This document shows, piece after piece, positions 41,990-50,180 of a DNA stretch of 51,802 nucleotides. The notes beneath the pieces were generated by a model, which saw nothing but the letters and a program-made list of their open reading frames with translations, was not told the DNA's origin and ran no database searches. Position numbers and translations under genes: made by a program. This DNA is from Escherichia phage vB_EcoS_NBD2. Where the stretch lies: sequence record NC_031050.1, one strand, 5' to 3'. Within the stretch, counting starts at the first letter, position 1. Each line of letters opens with the position of its first letter.

Positions 41990-43147
41990 TTGAAAATGCA
42001 ACGCAAAATTTCAGATGAGCAGTTAATCGCAGAGCGAGAATCAGGCAAAACACAGCGCCAGATCGCGGAAGAGTACGGCATGAATCAGCGCACAGTTGAG
42101 CAGCGTTGCGCACGCCTGGCGAAGAAAGGCCACGGGCACGGTAACAGCACTGTTAGCCGCCATGTGCCGGACGGGTTCGCAGTAAAGGGCACGTCAACCA
42201 TGATTCGCGCGAATGGCGAAGAGGTGATCCGATGGGTTAAGACCGATCAGGATCGCGAGAAGTTAGCAGCCATGATGGATGCGGCTATTGATGCGTTTTG
42301 CGAAGAGTTGCCGCGAGCAGCAGCACAGCCAGCCCCACTGGTTCACAACTGGAAAGAAGATCAGCTTGCTCTTTATCCGGTCTTTGACCTGCACATTGGC
42401 GCTATGGCTCATAAGCACGAGTGCGGCGAAAACTACAGCACTGACATTTCAGAAAAGGTGCTGGGAGACTTCTTCAACTACGCCGTAAACGTAGCGCCGG
42501 AAGCGAAAAAAGCAGTTCTGTTAATCGGCGGTGACTTCCTTCACTCTGACGGCCTGGACGCTGTAACACCTGCAAGCGGTCACGTTCTCGATCAGGACTC
42601 ACGCTACGCTAAACTTGTGCATGTTGCGATCCGCTCCACTCGCCGCGCAGTTGCAAAAATGCTGGACAAGCACGCAGAGGTTGAGATCCAGATCATCGAG
42701 GGGAACCATGACCAGGCGGGCATGATTTGGCTTCGTGCTGCAATGGCTGCATTCTATGAAGATGAGCCGCGCGTCACCGTTGACGTTAGCCCAATGATTC
42801 TGCACCGGACGAAGTGGGGCAAAACGCTGTTAGGATACACTCACGGGCACACGATGAAGAAAGCAGAAACGCGCCTTGCGGCGATGGCTACGGACTTCCG
42901 CGAAGAGTTCGGCACCAGCAAATACATTTACACCCACTCTGGGCACTGGCACCACCAGACGATCACAGAGGGCACTTTAGGGATTGATGAAGTGCATGGG
43001 CAGTTAGGCGCAAAAGATGCCTACGCAGCGCGCGGCGGCTGGCGCTCATATCGTCAAGCGGCGGTGATCGTCTACTCAAAAGAGTTTGGCGAAATCGGGC
43101 GTTTCGTGTATCGTCCAGAAATGGCAGGAAATAGCACGAAAAGCTAA
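41990..43147 (+). CDS. HTH domain fused to calcineurin-like metallophosphoesterase
   Basis: N-terminal HTH-like ESGKTQRQIAEEYGMNQRTVEQ; metallophosphatase motifs DLHIG, GGDFLHSDG, EGNHD, HGH, GHWHH in order. Confidence 0.6.
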   Translation: MKMQRKISDEQLIAERESGKTQRQIAEEYGMNQRTVEQRCARLAKKGHGHGNSTVSRHVPDGFAVKGTSTMIRANGEEVIRWVKTDQDREKLAAMMDAAIDAFCEELPRAAAQPAPLVHNWKEDQLALYPVFDLHIGAMAHKHECGENYSTDISEKVLGDFFNYAVNVAPEAKKAVLLIGGDFLHSDGLDAVTPASGHVLDQDSRYAKLVHVAIRSTRRAVAKMLDKHAEVEIQIIEGNHDQAGMIWLRAAMAAFYEDEPRVTVDVSPMILHRTKWGKTLLGYTHGHTMKKAETRLAAMATDFREEFGTSKYIYTHSGHWHHQTITEGTLGIDEVHGQLGAKDAYAARGGWRSYRQAAVIVYSKEFGEIGRFVYRPEMAGNSTKS

Positions 43148-43174
43148 ACAATTGCCGGAGTAATCCGGCATACT
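43132..43174 (+). promoter_or_regulatory. motif promoter, degenerate (TAGCACgaaAAGCTAAAC, 22 nt, CATACT)
   Basis: Motif 43132-43149, -10 43169-43174. Confidence 0.45.
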
Positions 43175-43204
43175 CCAGCTATACCAACCAAAGAGGAAAA
43201 CATT

Positions 43205-43312
43205 ATGAAAAAGTTTGTTTTAGGCTACGTAATCCCTTTCGTTCTGGGCGCTGTAGTCACCGCCGCTTTACTTTCCGTCATTCACCTGGCATCAAATTTT
43301 AAAGGGTTCTAA
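43205..43312 (+). CDS. small hydrophobic peptide (35 aa)
   Basis: ATG 43205 after RBS agaggaaaa and motif promoter; one predicted TM helix; below ORF-track cutoff. Confidence 0.4.
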   Translation: MKKFVLGYVIPFVLGAVVTAALLSVIHLASNFKGF

Positions 43313-43313
43313 A

Positions 43314-43490
43314 ATGAAAGTTCGCTGCATTCGGAATGATTCAAAATCACTGCCTTACTATGTCGGAGCAGTATATCGCGCGGTTGATATCGGCGGTATG
43401 TATGAGATCCGCGATGGTCAAGGCTCCGCAATTCACGCGCCGCTTGAAGGTCACTATCTTGAATTTATTCCGATAGAAGAAAAGAAATAG
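43314..43490 (+). CDS. hypothetical small protein (58 aa)
   Basis: ATG 43314 one nt after previous stop; followed by terminator; below ORF-track cutoff. Confidence 0.35.
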   Translation: MKVRCIRNDSKSLPYYVGAVYRAVDIGGMYEIRDGQGSAIHAPLEGHYLEFIPIEEKK

Positions 43491-43510
43491 AATCATCACC
43501 TTACCCAATA

Positions 43511-43534
43511 GGAGCCTTTCGAGGCTCCTTTTTT
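43511..43534 (+). terminator. intrinsic terminator (GGAGCC-tttcga-GGCTCC plus T6)
   Basis: Same stem as four other terminators. Confidence 0.65.
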
Positions 43535-43615
43535 GTGCTTCTCGTTTGTCAAAAAGTGCTGTATTATTGGCCTTACTTAATTAAATCATTGACAACTATT
43601 TCAAAGGGGGATCTC

Positions 43616-43831
43616 ATGCGCGAGGTCATTAACGCTATCACTTCCGGCGCTGGCGGCGCTACATTCACCGGAGTTGCAACGGGGCAGCTAGCCATTGCGT
43701 TCGCAACCTTCGTATTTTTCGTCCTGTTTGGCTTCTGGGGCGCATACTGGAAATACAAAGACAGCAAGGCTATCCGCCAGGCCATTGACGCAGGCGACTT
43801 GCAAACGGCGCTAAAAATCAGGGGTAAATGA
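43616..43831 (+). CDS. holin
   Basis: ORF 43535..43831 trimmed to ATG 43616 after RBS aaaggggga; 71 aa with central hydrophobic helix and charged C-terminus; directly upstream of endolysin. Confidence 0.55.
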   Translation: MREVINAITSGAGGATFTGVATGQLAIAFATFVFFVLFGFWGAYWKYKDSKAIRQAIDAGDLQTALKIRGK

Positions 43832-44319
43832 CGATGAAGAAGATCGCAAGCATGGCATTTGGCGCAGCGCTTGCCGCAACGGTTCCGTTAATCGAAAAGT
43901 TTGAGGATGTCAAATACGATGTTTATTACGATATCGCTGGCATCCCTACTGTGTGCGCAGGCATCACAGGATCAGACGTTATCATTGGTAAGCGGTACAC
44001 GAAGCGCGAGTGTGACGCATTGCTAATGAAGCATTTAGCGGTTGCGAAGGCGGAAGTTGACAAGCAAATCAAAGTTGATGTGCCGGACTCTTTCCGCGCG
44101 GCAATGTACAGCTTCACCTACAACGCAGGCACGGGCGCTTATCGTAAATCAACCATGCTGAAACTCACCAACGCTGGCGATCTCAAGGGCGCGTGTAATC
44201 AGTTGTGGTCATGGGTTTACTTCTACAACCCGAAAACGGGCAAAAAAGAGAAGTCGAAAGGCCTTAAAAATCGCCGTGGCTTCGAATATGAATATTGCAT
44301 GAAGGATCTGAAAAAATGA
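43828..44319 (+). CDS. endolysin, T4-lysozyme-like with N-terminal signal-anchor-release (SAR) segment
   Basis: Weakly hydrophobic Ala/Gly-rich N-terminus followed by E...D...T catalytic pattern ([21 protein letters not shown]). Confidence 0.65.
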   Translation: MTMKKIASMAFGAALAATVPLIEKFEDVKYDVYYDIAGIPTVCAGITGSDVIIGKRYTKRECDALLMKHLAVAKAEVDKQIKVDVPDSFRAAMYSFTYNAGTGAYRKSTMLKLTNAGDLKGACNQLWSWVYFYNPKTGKKEKSKGLKNRRGFEYEYCMKDLKK

Positions 44320-44735
44320 AAAGGCTTTACAAATTAATCAAGTGGATTTTCATCGGGTTAAGCGCAATTGTCATTTGTGGTTGTTCGGCAACGTCTGCCC
44401 TGACTGGTTTAATCGGCAGCAAGCCAGAAATCAGCGCGCAGGCTGGCGCGGAAAACACGAAACAGACGGTTGGGATCAATGGCAAGGTTGACCAATCCAG
44501 CGAGGTTGAGACAACCATCAAAGATTCAACCGTTGGCAAGGTTGACACGTCTAACGGAAAGAAAACCAGCGCCTCAAGCATAACGGCTGACACCATCAAG
44601 GCCGATAAGATTGAGATCAGGAATCAGGAAGGCGGCGATGTTGCCGGATGGATTGCGCTATCTGGCGTTGTTGGTCTGTTTATTTTGCTGGGCGCGTCTG
44701 CGCTACGGAAACGACGATATGAGAAAGGAGCCTAA
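44316..44735 (+). CDS. unimolecular spanin (T1 gp11-like)
   Basis: N-terminal signal with Cys-containing lipobox-like region (IVICGC) and a single C-terminal TM helix. Confidence 0.55.
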   Translation: MKRLYKLIKWIFIGLSAIVICGCSATSALTGLIGSKPEISAQAGAENTKQTVGINGKVDQSSEVETTIKDSTVGKVDTSNGKKTSASSITADTIKADKIEIRNQEGGDVAGWIALSGVVGLFILLGASALRKRRYEKGA

Positions 44736-44752
44736 CGGCTCCTTTTTTTTAT
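44728..44752 (+). terminator. intrinsic terminator after lysis cassette (GGAGCC-taac-GGCTCC plus T9)
   Basis: Overlaps spanin stop codon. Confidence 0.7.
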
Positions 44753-44946
44753 TTGAATCTCTGCACGAGCAAGATCAATTCCCCATCCTGGTTGCATAAC
44801 GTGTGCTCCATCTTCTTACCCGCCCGCATTGAGGTATTGATCAGAGACAGGAGCGCGGCGTTTAACTGATCTTCAGTCAACCCATGCTCCGCGCTGTACC
44901 GGATCACCTCGTTAATTAGCCCCTGCCTTTCCGAATAATTCCTCAT
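44749..44946 (-). CDS. hypothetical protein
   Basis: 65-aa ORF, last gene of - strand operon starting at 46859. Confidence 0.35.
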   Translation of the reverse strand: MRNYSERQGLINEVIRYSAEHGLTEDQLNAALLSLINTSMRAGKKMEHTLCNQDGELILLVQRFK

Positions 44947-45307
44947 CGCTCAATTTCTCAATATTCATCATTTCCCAGGTGTATCGGTCTTTGTCTCCGC
45001 CATAGCACCTGAAATCAAATTCAAAGGGGCGTTTCTGCGCTCCCTTTGCCCCATACCAGCGATTTTCTCCCCATAAGTAACCCAACCCCATCATCCTTGC
45101 GCAAAACTCCTTAGATGCGCTTGAGGCGAAGAATCTGGGCGTTACTCCAGCGGCGCGGGCTAATCGCTCACACTCACGATGTTTGAAGATGAAAACCGCC
45201 AAATGCTGACGGTTGAATTTTTCGTAAGACTCACAAAAGCGGTAAATGTCAAGAAGAAACATATCATCATCCCAGGAGGCGAGGGTTAACGTAAACTTTA
45301 TCACCAA
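44912..45307 (-). CDS. hypothetical protein
   Basis: 131-aa ORF overlapping 3-prime end of the P-loop gene; alternative start at 45262 just after the upstream stop. Confidence 0.4.
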   Translation of the reverse strand: MVIKFTLTLASWDDDMFLLDIYRFCESYEKFNRQHLAVFIFKHRECERLARAAGVTPRFFASSASKEFCARMMGLGYLWGENRWYGAKGAQKRPFEFDFRCYGGDKDRYTWEMMNIEKLSDEELFGKAGAN

Positions 45308-46859
45308 TCACGCAGCAATAGCCCTTTTCCTCCAGTTGAGGGAGTAGGTGATCTTTGATGCGCGTCATTGTTCCGGCCTGGCCTTCGAACGGCTTCACCT
45401 TTCGCGCCGCCTCATACAGAGAACGGACGTTAACAACCCCTTTAGGCGATCCGCTCTTTGCTCCACGGCTCATTATGTCTAAAAGCTTGTTCATTTCCGC
45501 GTTATCCCCAGCGTGCCCAGCGGCGTTTGCGGAAGATAAATACGTTTTACTCAACTCGTGAAACATAATGATCGCCTCTTGCATCGTGTCTAACTCGATC
45601 TCACGAGACTTTGCCGCCGATCCCTTCTCGCTAAACCAGTTGCGCACAGTATGCAGAACGGATGCGATGCGGATTACCTGCTTGTCAAACTTACCCAGGG
45701 CACCGCGTAACATGGTGTGGGAATACTTGCCGCCGTCTGCAAGGTGAGGCTCCATTTCCTGACGCGCTTTGTTCAGGTAGCGCATACCGGACGGGCTAAC
45801 CGTCAACTTCACATCTACTTCGCTCATGATCGCGTGAACCAGCTTGAAGTAATCGGCCTTTAGGCCTCCATCGATCGGCTCGTAAGTCGATTCGCCTTGC
45901 TCGTTGACGAACTGGCGACGGCCTAAGAAAGACTCCTCACGCACCAACAAGAAACGCTCAGAAACACCGATACCGCGCGCGCCTGCATTCATGATGGCGT
46001 TGATTGTCTCATCTTGGGCGATAACAGAAATGCAGCCCAGCGCAACGAATGACATATTGTTATCCGCGTTAGCACGAGCGATCGACACGTTGCCCGCATC
46101 CCACGCTTTAAGCACCAATTCGCTGTTTGTTTTCTTCGAGCCGTCGCCGTAGGTCATGCCCAGAAGGGAGTTAACGCTTGTTGCTTCGTCCGAGATCACG
46201 GCGAAGTTGCCTTGACGGTTGTTAATGCGCGCCAGGCCTTCTGGTGTGGTATCAGATACCGGAAACACGATATCACAAAGGCGCTCAAGCTTTTCTTCTA
46301 ACTCTTCTTTCTCTTCGAACAGCGCCGCCATATCTGACGGTGATTTCTCCTGCTTCATTTCCTTCGCCAGCGCCGAAAGCTTCGCCATGATCTTCTTTCG
46401 ATCACGCTTGCGGATCTCGTTGAGTCGCTCAGTCTCCGAAATCATTGGAGCAAGGGAGAGTGAGTTGATAGCAGACTTCCCCGTCGATGGAGGCTGACTA
46501 GTGACAACGTAAAGCGCCGTTGGTTGTTGCGTGCCGTGATACTCAACCGTGAAGCGCCCAAGCATCGCAGCGGAAACGCAGCCCAGGAAATGAATATAGG
46601 CCGATGACTCTGGGAACTGCACAGATCGCGCAGCGTTACGCGAAAGCTTGCCCACAACGTCAACATCATTGCCCAGAGAGATCACGGGGTATTTCTCGTT
46701 CCCGTTGTCGATTTCGGTCGGCTCGTTCCAGAACGATTGAGAATGACGATAGCCATTCGCATTGATCGCAACGCGCAGCGGAGTTAGGCCGCTCGTGTTG
46801 GCGATTTCAATGATCTGTTGTGGTGTAAGCGTGTTTGTGTTGAAACCTAAATCAAACAT
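45267..46859 (-). CDS. P-loop NTPase protein of unknown function
   Basis: 530 aa; Walker A-like QPPSTGKS and Walker B-like FAVISDE; RBS aaaggag; motif promoter upstream. Confidence 0.6.
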   Translation of the reverse strand: MFDLGFNTNTLTPQQIIEIANTSGLTPLRVAINANGYRHSQSFWNEPTEIDNGNEKYPVISLGNDVDVVGKLSRNAARSVQFPESSAYIHFLGCVSAAMLGRFTVEYHGTQQPTALYVVTSQPPSTGKSAINSLSLAPMISETERLNEIRKRDRKKIMAKLSALAKEMKQEKSPSDMAALFEEKEELEEKLERLCDIVFPVSDTTPEGLARINNRQGNFAVISDEATSVNSLLGMTYGDGSKKTNSELVLKAWDAGNVSIARANADNNMSFVALGCISVIAQDETINAIMNAGARGIGVSERFLLVREESFLGRRQFVNEQGESTYEPIDGGLKADYFKLVHAIMSEVDVKLTVSPSGMRYLNKARQEMEPHLADGGKYSHTMLRGALGKFDKQVIRIASVLHTVRNWFSEKGSAAKSREIELDTMQEAIIMFHELSKTYLSSANAAGHAGDNAEMNKLLDIMSRGAKSGSPKGVVNVRSLYEAARKVKPFEGQAGTMTRIKDHLLPQLEEKGYCCVIGDKVYVNPRLLG

Positions 46860-46879
46860 TAAAAACTCCTTTGTTGGTT

Positions 46880-46930
46880 CCGGCTAATGTACCGGAACCA
46901 TGATACAGACGTTGTGCAAAAAGTGCTATT
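46880..46930 (-). promoter_or_regulatory. motif-containing promoter region for - strand P-loop operon
   Basis: Reverse complement of 46911-46930 is AATAGCACtttTTGCACAAC; TATCAT-like hexamer follows on - strand. Confidence 0.4.
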
Positions 46931-46932
46931 GG

Positions 46933-47349
46933 TTAGAGATATTTCGCTTCAAAGGTTGTACCGTCTGCGATCGAGAAGCCAACCTCTTCGCGGTACAGAC
47001 TCCAGCGGCAACCATCGTTATCGAAGATGTAACCAGCAACCCCGCCCAGCGCGCGCCCCGTTTCCACCTGGTAACGTTTCCCAACCGTGAAAGACTTTTT
47101 CACGGGGTTTTTGTGATCCAGCGCCATGCACTTGAGGGTTTTCGTTTTCAACTCAACGAAGCGGGCGAACACAGAGCCATCACCATTGGCACCGAAGATT
47201 TCACCGCTAACGCCAACCGAAAGGAAAACTTTGCTCTTTCCGGTTCCGGTTGAAATGTTGCCCTCATCGTCAATGCGCGCCTTGATCAGAGTATTGGCGG
47301 CGAAAGATTTGGTTGATGTTTCGGTTACTTTCAGTTTGATAGTTTTCAT
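46933..47349 (-). CDS. hypothetical protein
   Basis: ORF 46933..47436 trimmed to ATG at 47349 (MKTIKLKV); upstream part overlaps small membrane peptide gene. Confidence 0.45.
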   Translation of the reverse strand: MKTIKLKVTETSTKSFAANTLIKARIDDEGNISTGTGKSKVFLSVGVSGEIFGANGDGSVFARFVELKTKTLKCMALDHKNPVKKSFTVGKRYQVETGRALGGVAGYIFDNDGCRWSLYREEVGFSIADGTTFEAKYL

Positions 47350-47359
47350 GATGAGATCC

Positions 47360-47452
47360 TTATACGATCGCGAAGTAAAGAGTTGTGATGAATCCAAAAG
47401 CCAGCCCAGCCAGAGCAAAGAGAACAGCGCCTCCAACCATTAAATCTGCCAT
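47360..47452 (-). CDS. small hydrophobic peptide (30 aa)
   Basis: Translation MADLMVGGAVLFALAGLAFGFITTLYFAIV; motif promoter upstream; below ORF-track cutoff. Confidence 0.35.
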   Translation of the reverse strand: MADLMVGGAVLFALAGLAFGFITTLYFAIV

Positions 47453-47490
47453 TTGAACCACCTGTTTTGTTGTTTCGTTTCGATGTAGTG

Positions 47491-47534
47491 ATAATAACAA
47501 AACCCGCCGAAGCTGGTTTAACAAAAAGTGCTAT
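47491..47534 (-). promoter_or_regulatory. motif promoter on - strand (22-23 nt, TATTAT-like)
   Basis: Reverse complement of 47515-47534 is AATAGCACtttTTGTTAAAC. Confidence 0.45.
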
Positions 47535-48220
47535 TTTGCGTTAGCCTGGAAAACGGCGCGTGCAAAGCCGCGAGGCGTTAGCGATCGGAGTTGCTTAGTC
47601 TTTGCAGACTTTCCGCCGAGGAACTTCCATCCCCAAAAGAAGTGAATCCCTTCATCATCCGGCAATTCCAGCTTTTTCGGTTGTTCGAAGCCCTCGCCAC
47701 ACCAGATACAAGTTTTCTTCGTGTAGCCATCGCGCAGCGGCATTTTCGGATGCCATGAGCCTTCATCGGCGTTGACGTAATACCCAAAATCGCGAGGGTG
47801 AAAATAGAAGTTTGGCTTGCCCATCATATCTGGATTTGAAAGCTTACCGACCGGATTCTCAATCATCCACGGCACGCCGAACGATTCGCCCAGAGACTTA
47901 ACGATCTTTGCATTCTCCAGGGCATATGCTAGTTCATCCTCTTCGCGGGCATGTTTCGCGCCTGAGTGAGCAAACAGCGTGCAATCTGGGAAGCCGAAGA
48001 TTATCCCAGGTTCAGGAATGCCCAGCAACCCGCATTTAATCTGGAAATCCTTGTCAATCCACATGTTGACGTAATGCAAATTTTCGTGCTGCATCTTCAC
48101 AGCGTACTCGCCATGATTGCCGGAATCCGCGTTGAAGCAGTAGACATGATAACCAGCAGTCGCCCAGGGCAAACCCATGATGCCTGAGCCATCAAACAGT
48201 GACCAAACAACCTTTTTCAT
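47531..48220 (-). CDS. putative DNA methyltransferase-like protein (cytosine-5 MTase-like motifs)
   Basis: Motif I-like LFDGSG, Cys-containing FPDC where PCQ is expected, ENP where ENV is expected; only 229 aa. Confidence 0.35.
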   Translation of the reverse strand: MKKVVWSLFDGSGIMGLPWATAGYHVYCFNADSGNHGEYAVKMQHENLHYVNMWIDKDFQIKCGLLGIPEPGIIFGFPDCTLFAHSGAKHAREEDELAYALENAKIVKSLGESFGVPWMIENPVGKLSNPDMMGKPNFYFHPRDFGYYVNADEGSWHPKMPLRDGYTKKTCIWCGEGFEQPKKLELPDDEGIHFFWGWKFLGGKSAKTKQLRSLTPRGFARAVFQANAK

Positions 48221-48465
48221 TCTGCAACCTCTTCAAATTTAGCAACGCCCAGAATCACCCATCCTGACGGGTAAGCCGTTACAGCCTGCCAACTGCTCGA
48301 CCCGTTCCGGCGCTTCTCGTCACCAATCACGATGGCATCGGCTCCAGCGCGTTCGGCCTCGTAAACCTTCCCCTTCGTGAAGTGGGGCTTTTGCTTCTTA
48401 TCGGTTGGCGACACCGCGCCAGTGCATTTGAGTTTCATACTTCGCCTTTTAAAACGGGATTTCAT
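48217..48465 (-). CDS. hypothetical protein
   Basis: 82-aa ORF in compact - strand operon. Confidence 0.4.
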   Translation of the reverse strand: MKSRFKRRSMKLKCTGAVSPTDKKQKPHFTKGKVYEAERAGADAIVIGDEKRRNGSSSWQAVTAYPSGWVILGVAKFEEVAE

Positions 48466-48682
48466 TTATGCAGTTATTGCAAACCGCGTCAATGGTGCAG
48501 GTGCAGTGATGCACGTAAACAGCAGGGGCGCTGCCGGATGGCGTGCTTTCCGCGTCCATATCCATCGCCCCAAGAGCAACATCTAATTCAACGCAACCGT
48601 AAGCAACCTTGAGCGCCCACTCCGCGTTAAGTCCCGCATCAATCGCCGCGCGGTGACGGCTCCAGAAATTATTTTGCTGCAT
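48449..48682 (-). CDS. hypothetical protein
   Basis: 77-aa ORF, overlaps neighbours. Confidence 0.35.
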   Translation of the reverse strand: MQQNNFWSRHRAAIDAGLNAEWALKVAYGCVELDVALGAMDMDAESTPSGSAPAVYVHHCTCTIDAVCNNCINEIPF

Positions 48683-49031
48683 GTTTTTTAAACTCCCGAA
48701 GTTTAGCCGCGCATGACTTGCTGCATGTTTTGCCCCAGCCTCGCGCGAGGTCTGCTTTTTTCACTGCGTAAACTCGCGGGCACCCAGGAGCCTCGCAGCA
48801 CTTCATTGCATTGCTTTTGCCGTAGCCGATAGGCTTCCCGCCACCTAACGCGATGTGAGTTTCTCGCGGTGAGTCATCCTTCTTTGTTCGCCAGAATTGC
48901 TGCACACTGGCGATCACTTCCCCATCTTCAGACAAGAGGATCAGAACTGCCTTTTCGCCAGATTCTACAACTTCGCACATGTGCTGCTTATCGTCACCGA
49001 ACTTGATGAGTACGCGATCGCCAGCTTTCAT
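48669..49031 (-). CDS. hypothetical Cys-containing protein
   Basis: 120 aa with clustered cysteines (CCEAPGC...CSKSC). Confidence 0.45.
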   Translation of the reverse strand: MKAGDRVLIKFGDDKQHMCEVVESGEKAVLILLSEDGEVIASVQQFWRTKKDDSPRETHIALGGGKPIGYGKSNAMKCCEAPGCPRVYAVKKADLARGWGKTCSKSCAAKLREFKKHAAK

Positions 49032-49032
49032 G

Positions 49033-49260
49033 TTAGCCCCCGAAAGAAACGATGAAGATGTTGTGAGTGTCCAGCGCCTTGATCACTTCCGCTTCGGTGT
49101 AGCGAGTGAGGCCGGAGCCTGGAGTTTTACCTACCACAAACGAACCATCACGGCGGGCAGTAACGCACAGTTGAGTGATGCCGCTTGCGCGATCCATCTT
49201 CACTTTTACTGCGCCAGTTTTCGCCAGGTGAGCCATAATGTTTGCGGTTTTAGTTTTCAT
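49033..49260 (-). CDS. hypothetical protein
   Basis: ORF 49033..49293 trimmed to ATG at 49260 (RBS aaggaaa); motif promoter upstream. Confidence 0.45.
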   Translation of the reverse strand: MKTKTANIMAHLAKTGAVKVKMDRASGITQLCVTARRDGSFVVGKTPGSGLTRYTEAEVIKALDTHNIFIVSFGG

Positions 49261-49291
49261 TTCAGTTTCCTTGTTTGGTTGGTGTGAAAGC

Positions 49292-49336
49292 ATTATGCCA
49301 AATCACGCCGGATTAGTTTTAACAAAAAGTGCTATT
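49292..49336 (-). promoter_or_regulatory. motif promoter on - strand (22 nt, CATAAT)
   Basis: Reverse complement of 49316-49336 is the motif; -10 is reverse complement of 49292-49297. Confidence 0.5.
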
Positions 49337-49571
49337 TCAATTTTATTTCGTTGTACGCGCAGAACTCAATCACGTACTCGCATTCGCTGGGCGACTCACT
49401 ACCTCGAAGCACATCACAGCCGCCCTGACTACCCAGAAACGCTGGGCAGGTGATGCACAACTCACCGCCGCATTTCGATTCAACGATTGACAACCCGTTA
49501 CACCTCCCGCCGCCGAATCGGTGCGGGAAGTCATAGGCCATGCAATCGCAGGTAACTTGCTTCCGCATCAC
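49332..49571 (-). CDS. hypothetical cysteine-rich protein (possible zinc-binding)
   Basis: 79 aa with about 11 Cys including CxC and CxxC pairs. Confidence 0.45.
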   Translation of the reverse strand: MMRKQVTCDCMAYDFPHRFGGGRCNGLSIVESKCGGELCITCPAFLGSQGGCDVLRGSESPSECEYVIEFCAYNEIKLK

Positions 49572-49577
49572 TCCCCC

Positions 49578-49856
49578 TTACGCGGTTTTCTTTGCGATCT
49601 TCCAAGCTTCTTTAAACGCTGGTACGTCGTCGATCTCAATCCAAAAGCCAGAACTCATGCCCTCTTCGTACAGCGGGCAAAGGTCGCAGTATGAGTGCCA
49701 GGTTTTTTCTTCGCCGCCGATTGAAAAGCCAGTGCTCATTGCGCAAAGTGCATCTTCAACACGTTCCAGGCGCTCTGCGTCGTTGTCGTGAATTACGAAG
49801 TTCCATTTGCCGTTATACTCGCTACCCAGATTGATTGATTCGCGTACCAGTTTCAT
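49578..49856 (-). CDS. hypothetical protein
   Basis: ORF 49578..49991 trimmed to ATG at 49856; motif promoter upstream. Confidence 0.45.
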   Translation of the reverse strand: MKLVRESINLGSEYNGKWNFVIHDNDAERLERVEDALCAMSTGFSIGGEEKTWHSYCDLCPLYEEGMSSGFWIEIDDVPAFKEAWKIAKKTA

Positions 49857-49893
49857 TTTGTTGCCCTTTTGTGTGCTTCGTTTCGATGGAGTG

Positions 49894-49938
49894 ATAATAA
49901 CAAAAGCACGAACCGCCGTTTTAGCAATTCGTGCTATT
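49894..49938 (-). promoter_or_regulatory. motif promoter on - strand (22 nt, TATTAT)
   Basis: Reverse complement of 49918-49938 is AATAGCACgaaTTGCTAAAAC; -10 is reverse complement of 49894-49899. Confidence 0.5.
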
Positions 49939-49991
49939 TGATTAAGATCGCGCGCGAAACTTCCGCACCTGGGCAGTTGGCCTTTGACCAA

Positions 49992-50180
49992 TCAGCGCGT
50001 CAATTGCTTTTCGTATCGGTTAAGCTTAATCCAGATCTCACCGTACTTGCGCGCCCACTTGTTCGCACCAGGCCGAAAGAGCGCCTCTGTATCGTACAGG
50101 TGAGAATAAACCCACTTCATGCAGGCTATATGCCGGAGCATCCCCTTGCACTTGCCGCGATTTGTCCAGCGCCTGATCAC
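49992..50180 (-). CDS. hypothetical protein
   Basis: 62-aa basic ORF in - strand operon. Confidence 0.35.
   Translation of the reverse strand: MIRRWTNRGKCKGMLRHIACMKWVYSHLYDTEALFRPGANKWARKYGEIWIKLNRYEKQLTR

Noticed and set aside
43546-43568. A motif promoter for the lysis cassette
   Set aside because: The sequence TGTCAaaaagTGCTG is only a degenerate dyad and the spacing to TATTAT (10-11 nt) fits neither the canonical nor the 22-nt pattern; the lysis promoter is left unassigned.
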